Both the position numbers and the translations under genes were made by a program. A stretch of DNA of 64,000 bases from Candidatus Staskawiczbacteria bacterium RIFOXYB1_FULL_38_37 (lineage in GTDB: Bacteria; Patescibacteriota; Minisyncoccia; Minisyncoccales; Staskawiczbacteraceae): NCBI GenBank assembly GCA_001822075.1, contig MHPK01000004.1, positions 71,979-135,978 of the forward strand. The letters run 5' to 3'. The notes below the pieces were generated by a model. That model was given only the letters and a program-made list of their open reading frames with translations, did not search any database and was not told the DNA's origin. Shown here piece by piece: positions 24,114 through 32,440 of this stretch. Each line of letters starts with the position of its first letter. Within the stretch, counting starts at the first letter, position 1.

Positions 24114-24147
24114 AGGCGCGTCATTTTTACCCCGTTAGAAAATTCAC

Positions 24148-24218
24148 GGGCTTATAGTACAGTGGTAGTACGCCGCATTCGCATTGCGGAGACGCGAGTT
24201 CGACTCTCGCTAAGTCCA
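24148..24218 (+). tRNA. tRNA-Ala (anticodon CGC), no encoded CCA
   Basis: Acceptor GGGCTTA/TAAGTCC with the G3:U70 identity pair, anticodon loop TTCGCAT, T loop TTCGACT. Confidence 0.88.
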
Positions 24219-24225
24219 CAAATTT

Positions 24226-26151
24226 ATGAAAATTTACAGATATTGGGAAAAACAAAAAATAAATATTTCTAATGGGGTAAAACTCAAAGATGTTTTGAGG
24301 GCTTTTTGGCATGGAATAAAGCCGCAAAAATGGGGGCTGTTTTTTCTAGCGCTCTCTATTATTTTAGCTAACATTGCAGGAATTATTTCTCCAATTTTTT
24401 ATAAGCAGTTTTTTGATATTATTTCAGCTGGCGGGGATAAAACAGCAATTGCCAATCAATTATTAATAATAATAATCCAAATAGCTTTTTTGAACTTGCT
24501 TGTCTGGTTATTTTATAGGTCAGCCACTATTTTTAATAATACATATCAGACAGCAACTATCGCCAGGTTAAAACAGCAGGCATATGATTATTTGATAGAG
24601 CATTCTTATAGTTTTTTCAGCAATAATTTTACCGGCTCTCTTGTCCAGCGGGTTAACCGCTTTGCCAGGGCATTTGAAACTTTAAGCGACAGATTAATCT
24701 GGGATGTTCTGCCCCTGCTTGTAAGAATTGTTTCGGTGATTGTTATTGTTTATTTTATAAATAAATGGATTGCTTTAATTATTTTTGTCTGGATAATTAT
24801 ATTTTTAATGTTTAACATATTATTTTCCCGCTGGAAATTAAAATATGATATTTCAGTTGCTGAAATTGATTCTAAAACAACAGGATATTTGGCAGATACA
24901 ATAACAAACCAAAATACAATACAGCTTTTTTCAGGCCAAAAGTTTGAGTCAAAAGGATATAAATCTGTGACAAACGAGCAGGCAAAGATGACAAAAACCA
25001 GCTGGAATTTGGATGCAATAATGGAAGCCGGCCAGGCATTTTTGGGCTTTGCAATCCAATTTTTATTATTTTATTTTGCTATTAAGTATTGGGGCCAAGG
25101 ATTAATAACCATTGGAGTTTTTGTTTTATTGCAGGTATATATAATAGGCTTAATTGACCAGCTTTGGGGATTTACCCGCGTGGTTAGAAACGCATATCAG
25201 GCATATGCCGACGCAAAAGAAATGACTGAAATTTTGCTTTTACCCCATGAAATAAAAAATAAACCGGAGGCAAAAGAACTCTTAGTTGATAAAGGAAAAA
25301 TTGAATTTAAAGATTTAACTTTTAGTTTTAACCAAACTAGAAAAGTTTTGGAAGATATTAATTTAATAATTCAGCCGGGAGAAAAAGTGGCGCTGGTTGG
25401 ACCGTCGGGAGCTGGAAAAACAACTTTTGTAAAATTGCTTTTAAGATTATATTCGCCTGCTTCTGGAAAAATTTTAATTGACGGCCAGGATATTTCAGGA
25501 GTCACTCAAAAAAGCTTAAGAGATGGAGTCTCAATGGTTCCGCAGGACCCGATTTTGTTTCATAGAACTTTAGCTGAGAACATAGCTTATGGAAAAAGAG
25601 ACGCCGAAAAACAAGAAATAGAAAAAGTGGCTAAGCTTGCCCATTGCGATGAATTTGTAAAAGATCTGCCATATGGATTGGAAACTTATGTCGGCGAGCG
25701 GGGAATAAAATTATCCGGAGGAGAACGTCAGCGGGTGGCAATTGCCAGGGCAATTTTAAAAAACGCCCCGATTTTAATTTTAGACGAGGCAACCTCAAGT
25801 TTGGATTCTAATTCTGAAATGTTAATTCAAGACGCTTTAAATACTTTAATGCAAGGCAGGACCACAATTGTAATCGCCCACCGCCTGTCAACAATACAAA
25901 AAATGGATAGGATAATTGTAATTGACCAGGGAAAAATTATTGAACAGGGAAGCCACCAGAAATTACTGGAAAATGAAAATAGTTTGTATAAAAAACTTTG
26001 GGAATTGCAGGCCGGCGGATTTTTAGAAGATGAAGAAGATGAAGATAATGGTGAAAATGAGGATTTAAATTCTATTGAAGATTTGAGCGCGCCAAAACAG
26101 GAAAAAGAGAAAGAGGGCGGAGCGCCAAAAGCAAAAATGGCAAATTTTTAA
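24226..26151 (+). CDS. ABC exporter, fused permease/ATPase (MsbA/MdlB-like)
   Basis: 641 aa; 6-TM domain, Walker A GPSGAGKTT, signature LSGGERQR, Walker B ILILDEATS; acidic tail. Confidence 0.9.
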   Translation: MKIYRYWEKQKINISNGVKLKDVLRAFWHGIKPQKWGLFFLALSIILANIAGIISPIFYKQFFDIISAGGDKTAIANQLLIIIIQIAFLNLLVWLFYRSATIFNNTYQTATIARLKQQAYDYLIEHSYSFFSNNFTGSLVQRVNRFARAFETLSDRLIWDVLPLLVRIVSVIVIVYFINKWIALIIFVWIIIFLMFNILFSRWKLKYDISVAEIDSKTTGYLADTITNQNTIQLFSGQKFESKGYKSVTNEQAKMTKTSWNLDAIMEAGQAFLGFAIQFLLFYFAIKYWGQGLITIGVFVLLQVYIIGLIDQLWGFTRVVRNAYQAYADAKEMTEILLLPHEIKNKPEAKELLVDKGKIEFKDLTFSFNQTRKVLEDINLIIQPGEKVALVGPSGAGKTTFVKLLLRLYSPASGKILIDGQDISGVTQKSLRDGVSMVPQDPILFHRTLAENIAYGKRDAEKQEIEKVAKLAHCDEFVKDLPYGLETYVGERGIKLSGGERQRVAIARAILKNAPILILDEATSSLDSNSEMLIQDALNTLMQGRTTIVIAHRLSTIQKMDRIIVIDQGKIIEQGSHQKLLENENSLYKKLWELQAGGFLEDEEDEDNGENEDLNSIEDLSAPKQEKEKEGGAPKAKMANF

Positions 26152-26185
26152 ATACGTATTCAAATACGTATTCAAATACGTATTT
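26150..26185. promoter_or_regulatory. Three tandem 10-bp palindromes AATACGTATT at 12-bp spacing (candidate operator array)
   Basis: Copies at 26151-26160, 26163-26172 and 26175-26184, overlapping the ABC gene stop. They lie 27-60 nt upstream of TGGTATAAT (26209-26217), ahead of the 26252 gene. Confidence 0.55.
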
Positions 26186-26251
26186 CGATATGGAATATCA
26201 AGATAAGGTGGTATAATAAAAAAAGCAAAATATTATTAAAAAATAAAAAAC

Positions 26252-27208
26252 ATGGATAATAACATTTTACCCAAAAGAAATATACCAAGGGATTTGTTTT
26301 TGCATCTTTTGGCAATAGTCACGCTTTATTGGTCTGCAATAAGCTTTGTAACTCTTTTGTGGCAATTTATAAACAAATTTTTGCCAGATGCCTTAACGCA
26401 ATGGTATTCTTATGATTATTCATTGGAACTGATAAGGTTTTCAGTTTCTTCTTTGTTTATTGTTTTTCCGCTTTTTATTTTTGTGTCTTGGTATTTAAAT
26501 AAAATTTATGCCAGAGAAGCTGTTGTGCGTGAATCAAAAATAAGGAAATGGCTTTTGTATTTAACGCTTTTTATTGCAGCCATAGTTGTTATTGTTGACC
26601 TTGTTACTGTTATAAACAGTCTTTTAGGAGGAGAAACAACTTTAAAATTTATTTTAAAGGCATTGTCTGTGCTTGTGGTTGCTGGATTTGTTTTTGGATA
26701 TTATTTAGATGACGTCAGGCGCGACACTCCTGCAAAATCAGGAAAATATTTTGCCATAGTGACAGGCATATTGGTTGCTACAGCAATTATTGTTTCATTT
26801 TTTATAATCGGTTCTCCGCAGACAGCCAGGCTTGTGCAATTTGACCAGCAAAAAATAAGTGATTTGCAGAACATCCAATATCAAATTGTAAATTATTGGC
26901 AGAGTAAAGAAGTGCTTCCCACTTCCCTGTCTGATTTGAATGATCCAATTTCAGGTTTTATGGTTCCATTAGACCCTCAGACAGGCCAAAGCTATGAATA
27001 CAATATAATAGATGCAGAAAATTTAAGTTTTGAGCTTTGCGCTGAATTTAACAAAGAAGGCAATGATCAATATGGTCAGTATCGATATTCGAGCATTCCT
27101 GTTCCTGCGAAAGGAATTGCAGATAATTGGCAGCACACAGCTGGCAGAGTTTGCTTTGAAAGAACAATAGACAAGCAGTTATACCCGCCTTTTACCAAAA
27201 CAAAATAA
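26252..27208 (+). CDS. Polytopic membrane protein with C-terminal extracellular domain (DUF5671-like)
   Basis: 318 aa with about 6 TM helices and a soluble C-terminal ~110 aa. Family name is from memory only. Confidence 0.6.
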   Translation: MDNNILPKRNIPRDLFLHLLAIVTLYWSAISFVTLLWQFINKFLPDALTQWYSYDYSLELIRFSVSSLFIVFPLFIFVSWYLNKIYAREAVVRESKIRKWLLYLTLFIAAIVVIVDLVTVINSLLGGETTLKFILKALSVLVVAGFVFGYYLDDVRRDTPAKSGKYFAIVTGILVATAIIVSFFIIGSPQTARLVQFDQQKISDLQNIQYQIVNYWQSKEVLPTSLSDLNDPISGFMVPLDPQTGQSYEYNIIDAENLSFELCAEFNKEGNDQYGQYRYSSIPVPAKGIADNWQHTAGRVCFERTIDKQLYPPFTKTK

Positions 27209-27268
27209 CTGTTGCCTTGCTATTTGTGGATAAATTGTTGAAAAGAGCATGATAAGCATGAAAATAAA

Positions 27269-28189
27269 ATGTCAAAAGAGAGTGGAGTAATTGAAATAAC
27301 TAATAAAAAGTATCCGAAAGCGCTGAAACAGGCGCTTTCGGTTTTGGTGCCAAGCTCTGGCCCGAAAAAATTGTATTACAAAGGAAATTGGTCAGATGAT
27401 ATTTTCAAAAATTGCCTGGCAGTTGTTGGCTCCAGGCATTTAACTTATTATGGCAGAAAGGCCACAGAGCAAATTGTAACAGAATGCGCAGCAGCTGGCA
27501 TTACAATAGTTTCAGGTTTTATGTATGGCGGAGATGAAGCGGCTCATTTAGCTGCTGTAAAATGCGGAGGAAAAACAATTGCTGTTATGCCTTGCGGCAT
27601 AGACTTAATACACCCCGCAAATCAAAAAAATCTATATCAGGAAATTTTAAACAACAACGGCCTTGTAGTTTCAGAATACGAAGGCTCCGCCCAGCCTCAA
27701 AATTTTACCTATGTGCAAAGGGACCGGCTTGTGGCAGGGCTTTCAAAAGCAGTTTTGGTCACGGAGGCTGCTTTAAATTCCGGCTCTTTGATTACGGCCA
27801 GCTATGCCAAAAAATATAACAGAAAAGTTTTTGCTGTGCCAGGGCAAATTACTTCAGAAGTTTCAAGAGGAACTTTAAAATTGATAAAAGAGGGAGCTGA
27901 ACCTGTGGCTGACGCAAGCGATATTTTAAGCTATTTTAAAGTTTTGGTGAATCAAGGAGTTAATCAAGTTGATCGAGCCCCGAGCTCACAAAATTTTGTG
28001 AGCTCGGGGCTCACAAAAACTGGCTCGTTAGAGCAAAAAATAATTGCCCAGTTAAAAAGAGAGGCTTTAAGAGCAGATGAAATGGCAAGAATTTTTAATG
28101 TGCCTGTTGCCCAACTTGGCACAACGTTGTCTTTAATGCAGCTTAAAGGCCAAATTTTACAGGATTTTGGAAAATATTACATCAGTTAA
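27269..28189 (+). CDS. dprA: DNA-processing protein DprA
   Basis: 306 aa; AVVGSRHLTYYGRKAT..GGDEAAH..VSEYEG Rossmann-type DprA core. The linker contains the 38-bp REP palindrome. Confidence 0.88.
   Translation: MSKESGVIEITNKKYPKALKQALSVLVPSSGPKKLYYKGNWSDDIFKNCLAVVGSRHLTYYGRKATEQIVTECAAAGITIVSGFMYGGDEAAHLAAVKCGGKTIAVMPCGIDLIHPANQKNLYQEILNNNGLVVSEYEGSAQPQNFTYVQRDRLVAGLSKAVLVTEAALNSGSLITASYAKKYNRKVFAVPGQITSEVSRGTLKLIKEGAEPVADASDILSYFKVLVNQGVNQVDRAPSSQNFVSSGLTKTGSLEQKIIAQLKREALRADEMARIFNVPVAQLGTTLSLMQLKGQILQDFGKYYIS
27975..28012. repeat. 38-bp perfect palindrome (head-to-head REP pair) inside dprA
   Basis: GAGCCCCGAGCTCACAAAA|TTTTGTGAGCTCGGGGCTC; the same GTGAGC-N5-GCTCAC unit that flanks the RAYT gene. 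Confidence 0.9.
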
Positions 28190-28240
28190 TTTTTTGTTTA
28201 ATTTTATGTTAAAATTATGATAATATAAGAAAATGTAGTC

Positions 28241-28260
28241 AGGTTGTCCTACGACAACCT
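28241..28260. repeat. Hairpin repeat GGTTGTC-CTAC-GACAACC, copy 1
   Basis: AGGTTGTC-CTAC-GACAACCT. Confidence 0.8.
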
Positions 28261-28281
28261 AAAATAAAAAGCAAAGTAAGA

Positions 28282-28458
28282 ATGGAAAAAGATTTCTATA
28301 CAATAAAAGAATTGGCAGATATTCTGAAAATTAGCAAACAGTCTGTGCTAAAGCGCGTACACCGAGGAAACATAGGGTCGCAAAAAATCGGCCGAGATTT
28401 CATAGTTTTTAAAAAGGACATTGATTTAAAAAAGTTAGCCGTCGAAATAAAAAATTAA
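28282..28458 (+). CDS. Excisionase-family/MerR-like helix-turn-helix protein (58 aa, below the ORF-track cutoff)
   Basis: Hand translation: MEKDFYTIKELADILKISKQSVLKRVHRGNIGSQKIGRDFIVFKKDIDLKKLAVEIKN*. This is the HTH_17/excisionase pattern (lt.kEaA..L.vs..tv.r....G.i...kiGr.w.i). Confidence 0.65.
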   Translation: MEKDFYTIKELADILKISKQSVLKRVHRGNIGSQKIGRDFIVFKKDIDLKKLAVEIKN

Positions 28459-28490
28459 AATTAGCGTTGGTTGTTACATGACAACCTGAA
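28447..28490. repeat. 44-bp cassette-end repeat with hairpin, copy 2
   Basis: ATAAAAAATTAAAATTAGCGTTGGTTGTTACATGACAACCTGAA; supplies the last codons IKN* of the HTH gene. Confidence 0.8.
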
Positions 28491-28525
28491 ACAGGAAAGA
28501 TAAAAATATTATTAAATATAAAGAT

Positions 28526-28852
28526 ATGTTTTGGAAAAATTGGCCATATTGGCTAAAAGGAGGAATAATTTTATTTCTTTATTCATTGTCGGCTGTCGTA
28601 ATGTTCGCTAATTTAAATCATGCTCTTCCTGTTTTTGTTTCAGTAATATTTTTACCAGTTTTCATCCCGGCATGGTTTTGTCTAACTTGGTTGTGCGGGA
28701 TAGGCGGATTGAGCCATGGAGTTTTGGCTTCTTGTTATACATCTGGGATTTGGATTTTTATATATTCTTTGCCTGTAATAATTTTTTTCTTCGTATTCGG
28801 TGCAATTATTGGTTTAATTTATGGAAAAATAAAAAATATTATTAAGAAATGA
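28526..28852 (+). CDS. Small 3-4 TM membrane protein (tandem paralog A)
   Basis: 108 aa; the C-terminus FGAIIGLIYGKIKNIIKK matches the next gene. Confidence 0.6.
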   Translation: MFWKNWPYWLKGGIILFLYSLSAVVMFANLNHALPVFVSVIFLPVFIPAWFCLTWLCGIGGLSHGVLASCYTSGIWIFIYSLPVIIFFFVFGAIIGLIYGKIKNIIKK

Positions 28853-28856
28853 AAAT

Positions 28857-29177
28857 ATGCAAAAATTTTTAAAATTTTCGTTATATGGTTTTTGTTTCGG
28901 AATTGTATACTCGATTTTTTCTATGGGGATTTTTTTGTTGTGTAAATTTACTGACATAGGTCAAACATTTGAATTGAGGATACATAGCTGTAATGTCAAT
29001 TTATTATTAAAACCATTTGCAATCTTTTACCAATCACTTGCCAGAGGAAAAGGATTATTTTTTACCGCCACTAATTTTGTTTTAGTTGGAGAGATCATTA
29101 TTATTCTTCTGACATTTACTATTGTGGGTACAATTATTGGTTTAATTTATGGAAAAATTAAACCAATAAAAAATTAA
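28857..29177 (+). CDS. Small membrane protein (tandem paralog B)
   Basis: 106 aa; C-terminus VGTIIGLIYGKIKPIKN. Confidence 0.6.
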   Translation: MQKFLKFSLYGFCFGIVYSIFSMGIFLLCKFTDIGQTFELRIHSCNVNLLLKPFAIFYQSLARGKGLFFTATNFVLVGEIIIILLTFTIVGTIIGLIYGKIKPIKN

Positions 29178-29210
29178 AATTAGCCTTGGTTGTCCTACGA
29201 CAACCTGAAT
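29167..29210. repeat. 44-bp cassette-end repeat with hairpin, copy 3
   Basis: ATAAAAAATTAAAATTAGCCTTGGTTGTCCTACGACAACCTGAA; supplies IKN* of paralog B. Confidence 0.8.
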
Positions 29211-29246
29211 AAAAACTAAAATCCAAAATTGCAAAATTTTTAAATT

Positions 29247-30782
29247 ATGCTGATTAAAATTCCATCGGTGGCGAATTTGGGGTTAGAGACTATTAAGGTT
29301 GACATTGAAATAAATTTGGCAAACAAGGGTTTGCCTGGTTTTGAAATTGTGGGGCTTCCAGACAAAGCTGTAGGTGAAAGCAAAGAAAGGGTGAGGACCG
29401 CTATTTCAAGCTCTGGCATTGATTTTCCCGCGAAAAAAATTATGGTCAATATGGCCCCGGCCGACGTTCCAAAAGAGGGATCAGTTTATGACCTGCCCAT
29501 TGCTGTTGGAATTTTAAGCAGTATTTTAGAGTTTTCCGTGCCTTCAAAATCATTATTTTTAGGAGAACTATCGTTTGACGGCTCTCTAAGGCATACAAAG
29601 GGAGCTTTTTTAATGGCTTTGTTTGCTAAGGAGTTCGGTTTTACAAGCTTGTATGTGCCAAAAGATTCTGCCAATGAGGCAGCAGCTATAAAAGGCCTTA
29701 AAGTTTATGCTGTTGAAAATTTAACCCAGATATGCCAGCACTTTTTGGGACGCGAAAAGATTTTCCCAGTTGATTACAAAGAAGTTTCAGAAAATATTGA
29801 AAGCCCGGCTGAATTTGACATGAAAGAAGTTTTGGGCCAAGAGCAGGCAAAAAGAGCCATGGAAATTGCTGCTGCCGGAGGCCACAACATTATTATGATT
29901 GGCTCTCCAGGGTCTGGCAAAACAATGCTGGCGCGCGCCTTGCCCGGAATTTTACCCCCCTTAAATGAAGAGGAGTCTCTGGAGGTAACTAAAATTTATT
30001 CAGCCTCTGGCGACATTCCTCCGGGCGGCTCTTTAATTGTAAAAAGGCAGTTCAGAACGCCCCACCACACAGCCTCTTTGGCTGGCTTGGTTGGAGGCGG
30101 GTCTAAGCCAAGGCCCGGAGAAATCAGCTTGGCTCATAGGGGCGTTTTATTTTTAGACGAATTCAACGAGTTCCAGCGCTCAATTATGGAAGCTATGCGC
30201 CAGCCGTTAGAAGACGGATGCCTGACCATTTCAAGGGCAAAACAAAGAATAAAATACCCGGCCGATTTTATGCTTGTGGCTTCCGCCAACCCATGCCCCT
30301 GCGGATATGCCATGCACCCTAAAAAGAGCTGCGCGTGTTCTCTTAGCCAGATTTCAAAATACCAAAAAAGAATTTCAGGTCCTATTTTAGACAGAATTGA
30401 TTTGCATATTCAGGTAATGCCCGTGGACACGGATGCCTTTTCAGACAACCAAAAAAATTCTGAGTTTTTAGAGGCATCAGAAAAAATCCGCCAGCGGGTA
30501 ATGATAGCCCGTAAAAAGCAGGAGGCAAGATTTGCTTTTGAAAGCATTTGCTCAAACAATCAGATGAAAAACAGCCACATTAAAAAGTATTGCAAGCTTT
30601 TAAAAGAAGTTGAGCAAATTTTAAGGCAGGCGGCAATGAAGTTCCAGCTTTCAGCCAGGTCTTATATGAAAATGATAAAAGTGGCCCGCACAATTGCGGA
30701 CTTGGACAGCTCAGAAGAAGTTTTACCAGCCCATATGCTGGAAGCCTTGCAATACCGTCCTAAAAACTATGAATCGTCTTAA
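29247..30782 (+). CDS. comM: Mg-chelatase-like AAA+ protein ComM/YifB
   Basis: 511 aa; Lon-like N-domain, Walker A MIGSPGSGKTM, LFLDEFNEF. Confidence 0.9.
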   Translation: MLIKIPSVANLGLETIKVDIEINLANKGLPGFEIVGLPDKAVGESKERVRTAISSSGIDFPAKKIMVNMAPADVPKEGSVYDLPIAVGILSSILEFSVPSKSLFLGELSFDGSLRHTKGAFLMALFAKEFGFTSLYVPKDSANEAAAIKGLKVYAVENLTQICQHFLGREKIFPVDYKEVSENIESPAEFDMKEVLGQEQAKRAMEIAAAGGHNIIMIGSPGSGKTMLARALPGILPPLNEEESLEVTKIYSASGDIPPGGSLIVKRQFRTPHHTASLAGLVGGGSKPRPGEISLAHRGVLFLDEFNEFQRSIMEAMRQPLEDGCLTISRAKQRIKYPADFMLVASANPCPCGYAMHPKKSCACSLSQISKYQKRISGPILDRIDLHIQVMPVDTDAFSDNQKNSEFLEASEKIRQRVMIARKKQEARFAFESICSNNQMKNSHIKKYCKLLKEVEQILRQAAMKFQLSARSYMKMIKVARTIADLDSSEEVLPAHMLEALQYRPKNYESS

Positions 30783-30800
30783 AAATTTTGTATAATAAAT

Positions 30801-31694
30801 ATGAATCAGGAAAGACTGCTAATTATTGACTCTAACGCTTTATTGCACAGGGCTTTTCATGCATTGCCTCCTTTGGCAACAAAGTCAGGCCAAACCACGG
30901 GAGCTGTTTACGGGTTCTTGCTGACTTTATTCAAGGCAATAAAAGACTTGGGAAAAGACTGCAATTTGTATGTTGTTGCCTGCTTTGATACAAAGGCAAA
31001 AACATTCAGGCACGAAAAATTTCAGGACTACAAAGCCCAAAGGCCGCAGACTCCCGATGGCATTATTTCGCAAATACCTGTTGCAAAAGAAGTTCTCCAA
31101 ACTTTAAAGATTCCGGTTTTTGCAAAAGAAGGGTTTGAAGCAGATGATTTAATAGCCACAATTTGCGCTGTTTCAAAAAAAGAAAACAAGGATTTAGAAA
31201 TTTACATTTTAAGCGGAGATTTAGATAATTTACAATTAGTTGACGATAAGGTTAAGGTTTACACTTTGGGCAAGGGCATCAAAGACACGGTAATTTATGA
31301 TATAAATAAGGTAGTAGGGCGGTTCGGCGTAAAACCTTTGCAGATGAATGATTTTAAAGCTCTTGTGGGAGATGCATCTGACAATGTTCCCGGAGTCAAA
31401 GGCATTGGAAATAAAACCGCAGCTGAAATAATTCAAAAATACGGCACCATAAAAAATCTTTATCAAGAGCTTGCAACAGACACAGCTGTTTTAAAACCCA
31501 AAATAAAAGAAGCTTTAAAAAATAACAAAGATTCTGCATTTATGTCTTTGGAGCTGGTTGAAACAAAGAAAGACATTGATATAAATTTTAACCTTCAAGA
31601 GTGCAAGTTCGGTGATTTTTTTAAAGAGCAAGTTGAAGAAAAATTTAAAAAATTAGAATTTGATTCTTTAATAAACAGACTTTTATCATTATAA
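30801..31694 (+). CDS. 5'-3' exonuclease (stand-alone Pol I N-terminal/FEN domain)
   Basis: 297 aa; LLIIDSNALLHRAFHALP and GDASDNVPGVKGIGNKTAAEII. Confidence 0.88.
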   Translation: MNQERLLIIDSNALLHRAFHALPPLATKSGQTTGAVYGFLLTLFKAIKDLGKDCNLYVVACFDTKAKTFRHEKFQDYKAQRPQTPDGIISQIPVAKEVLQTLKIPVFAKEGFEADDLIATICAVSKKENKDLEIYILSGDLDNLQLVDDKVKVYTLGKGIKDTVIYDINKVVGRFGVKPLQMNDFKALVGDASDNVPGVKGIGNKTAAEIIQKYGTIKNLYQELATDTAVLKPKIKEALKNNKDSAFMSLELVETKKDIDINFNLQECKFGDFFKEQVEEKFKKLEFDSLINRLLSL

Positions 31695-31698
31695 TATA

Positions 31699-32427
31699 AT
31701 GACAAAGATTTCATATAAAATATCTGTTCCCGTTATTCTGGCAGGCTTTTTTGCTGTCGTGGCTTTTTTGGCGCTAGACTATAAAAATATAAACTTCAGT
31801 TTTTACATACTTCTTTTGTTTATAGCTATATATGTCTTTTTCTTTGGATTTGCCACAGGCCAAAGGTTTGCATCTCCTGTCAAAAAATTATTAGACAGGG
31901 CTACAGAAATGAGCAAAGGAAACTTATCTACCAGGGTGTATTTGGAAACCAAAGACGAAATTGCAGAATTAGCAAAAGTTTTTAACAAGCTGGCAGGGGA
32001 CCTCGAAGAGAGCAGAAATAAAGAAGAATCTACAGAAAAATCAGTGGATATAAAGGTAAAAGCAAAAACCCAGGGGCTGGAAGAAACAATAAATGCTTTA
32101 GAGCAAAAAGTGCAGAACAGGACAATAGAGCTGCAAAGGGTTATTGGGGATTTAAACAAATTTAAGGAAGAGGCTATAACAAAAGACTCAGAAGTGGTTA
32201 GGCTAAAAGAGGATGTCCAAAAATTAGAAAAGAGGGTTAAAAACAGGGCCCCTCAAAAACCAGTAAAAAATAAACAAATTAAGCCAAAAAATCCGAAAAA
32301 AACAAACGTCGCAGAGCTTAAAAAAATAGCAGAAGATTTAGAAGCTCTCCAAAAACAGACAAAAGAAAGAGAAGAAAAAACAGAAGAGCTAATAAGCGAA
32401 ATAAGAAAAATAAAAGAGCCAGGATAA
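31699..32427 (+). CDS. Membrane protein with HAMP domain and long coiled-coil tail
   Basis: 242 aa; two TM helices, HAMP (PVKKLLDRATEMSKGNLSTRVYLETKDEIAELAKVFNKLAGDL), no output domain. Confidence 0.7.
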   Translation: MTKISYKISVPVILAGFFAVVAFLALDYKNINFSFYILLLFIAIYVFFFGFATGQRFASPVKKLLDRATEMSKGNLSTRVYLETKDEIAELAKVFNKLAGDLEESRNKEESTEKSVDIKVKAKTQGLEETINALEQKVQNRTIELQRVIGDLNKFKEEAITKDSEVVRLKEDVQKLEKRVKNRAPQKPVKNKQIKPKNPKKTNVAELKKIAEDLEALQKQTKEREEKTEELISEIRKIKEPG

Positions 32428-32440
32428 AATTTTATATAGT

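Noticed and set aside
24075-24120. Fifth tRNA or tRNA pseudogene between tRNA-Pro and tRNA-Ala (GGGTCTGTAGTAAAGCGGTATTAC looks like an acceptor plus D arm)
   Set aside because: I could find no 7-nt anticodon loop, no T arm and no complementary 3' acceptor strand. The following GC hairpin has a 4-nt loop. It may be a decayed tRNA 5' half, but that is not supportable.
23698-24327. ORFs 23698-24060 (-) and 24127-24327 (-)
   Set aside because: They run through tRNA-Pro and tRNA-Ala and the cca 3' end, so they are artefacts.
28241-29210. Integron-like attC sites delimiting gene cassettes
   Set aside because: The hairpins are short (7-8 bp stems), lack the GTTRRRY core-site pattern, and no intI gene or attI site is present.
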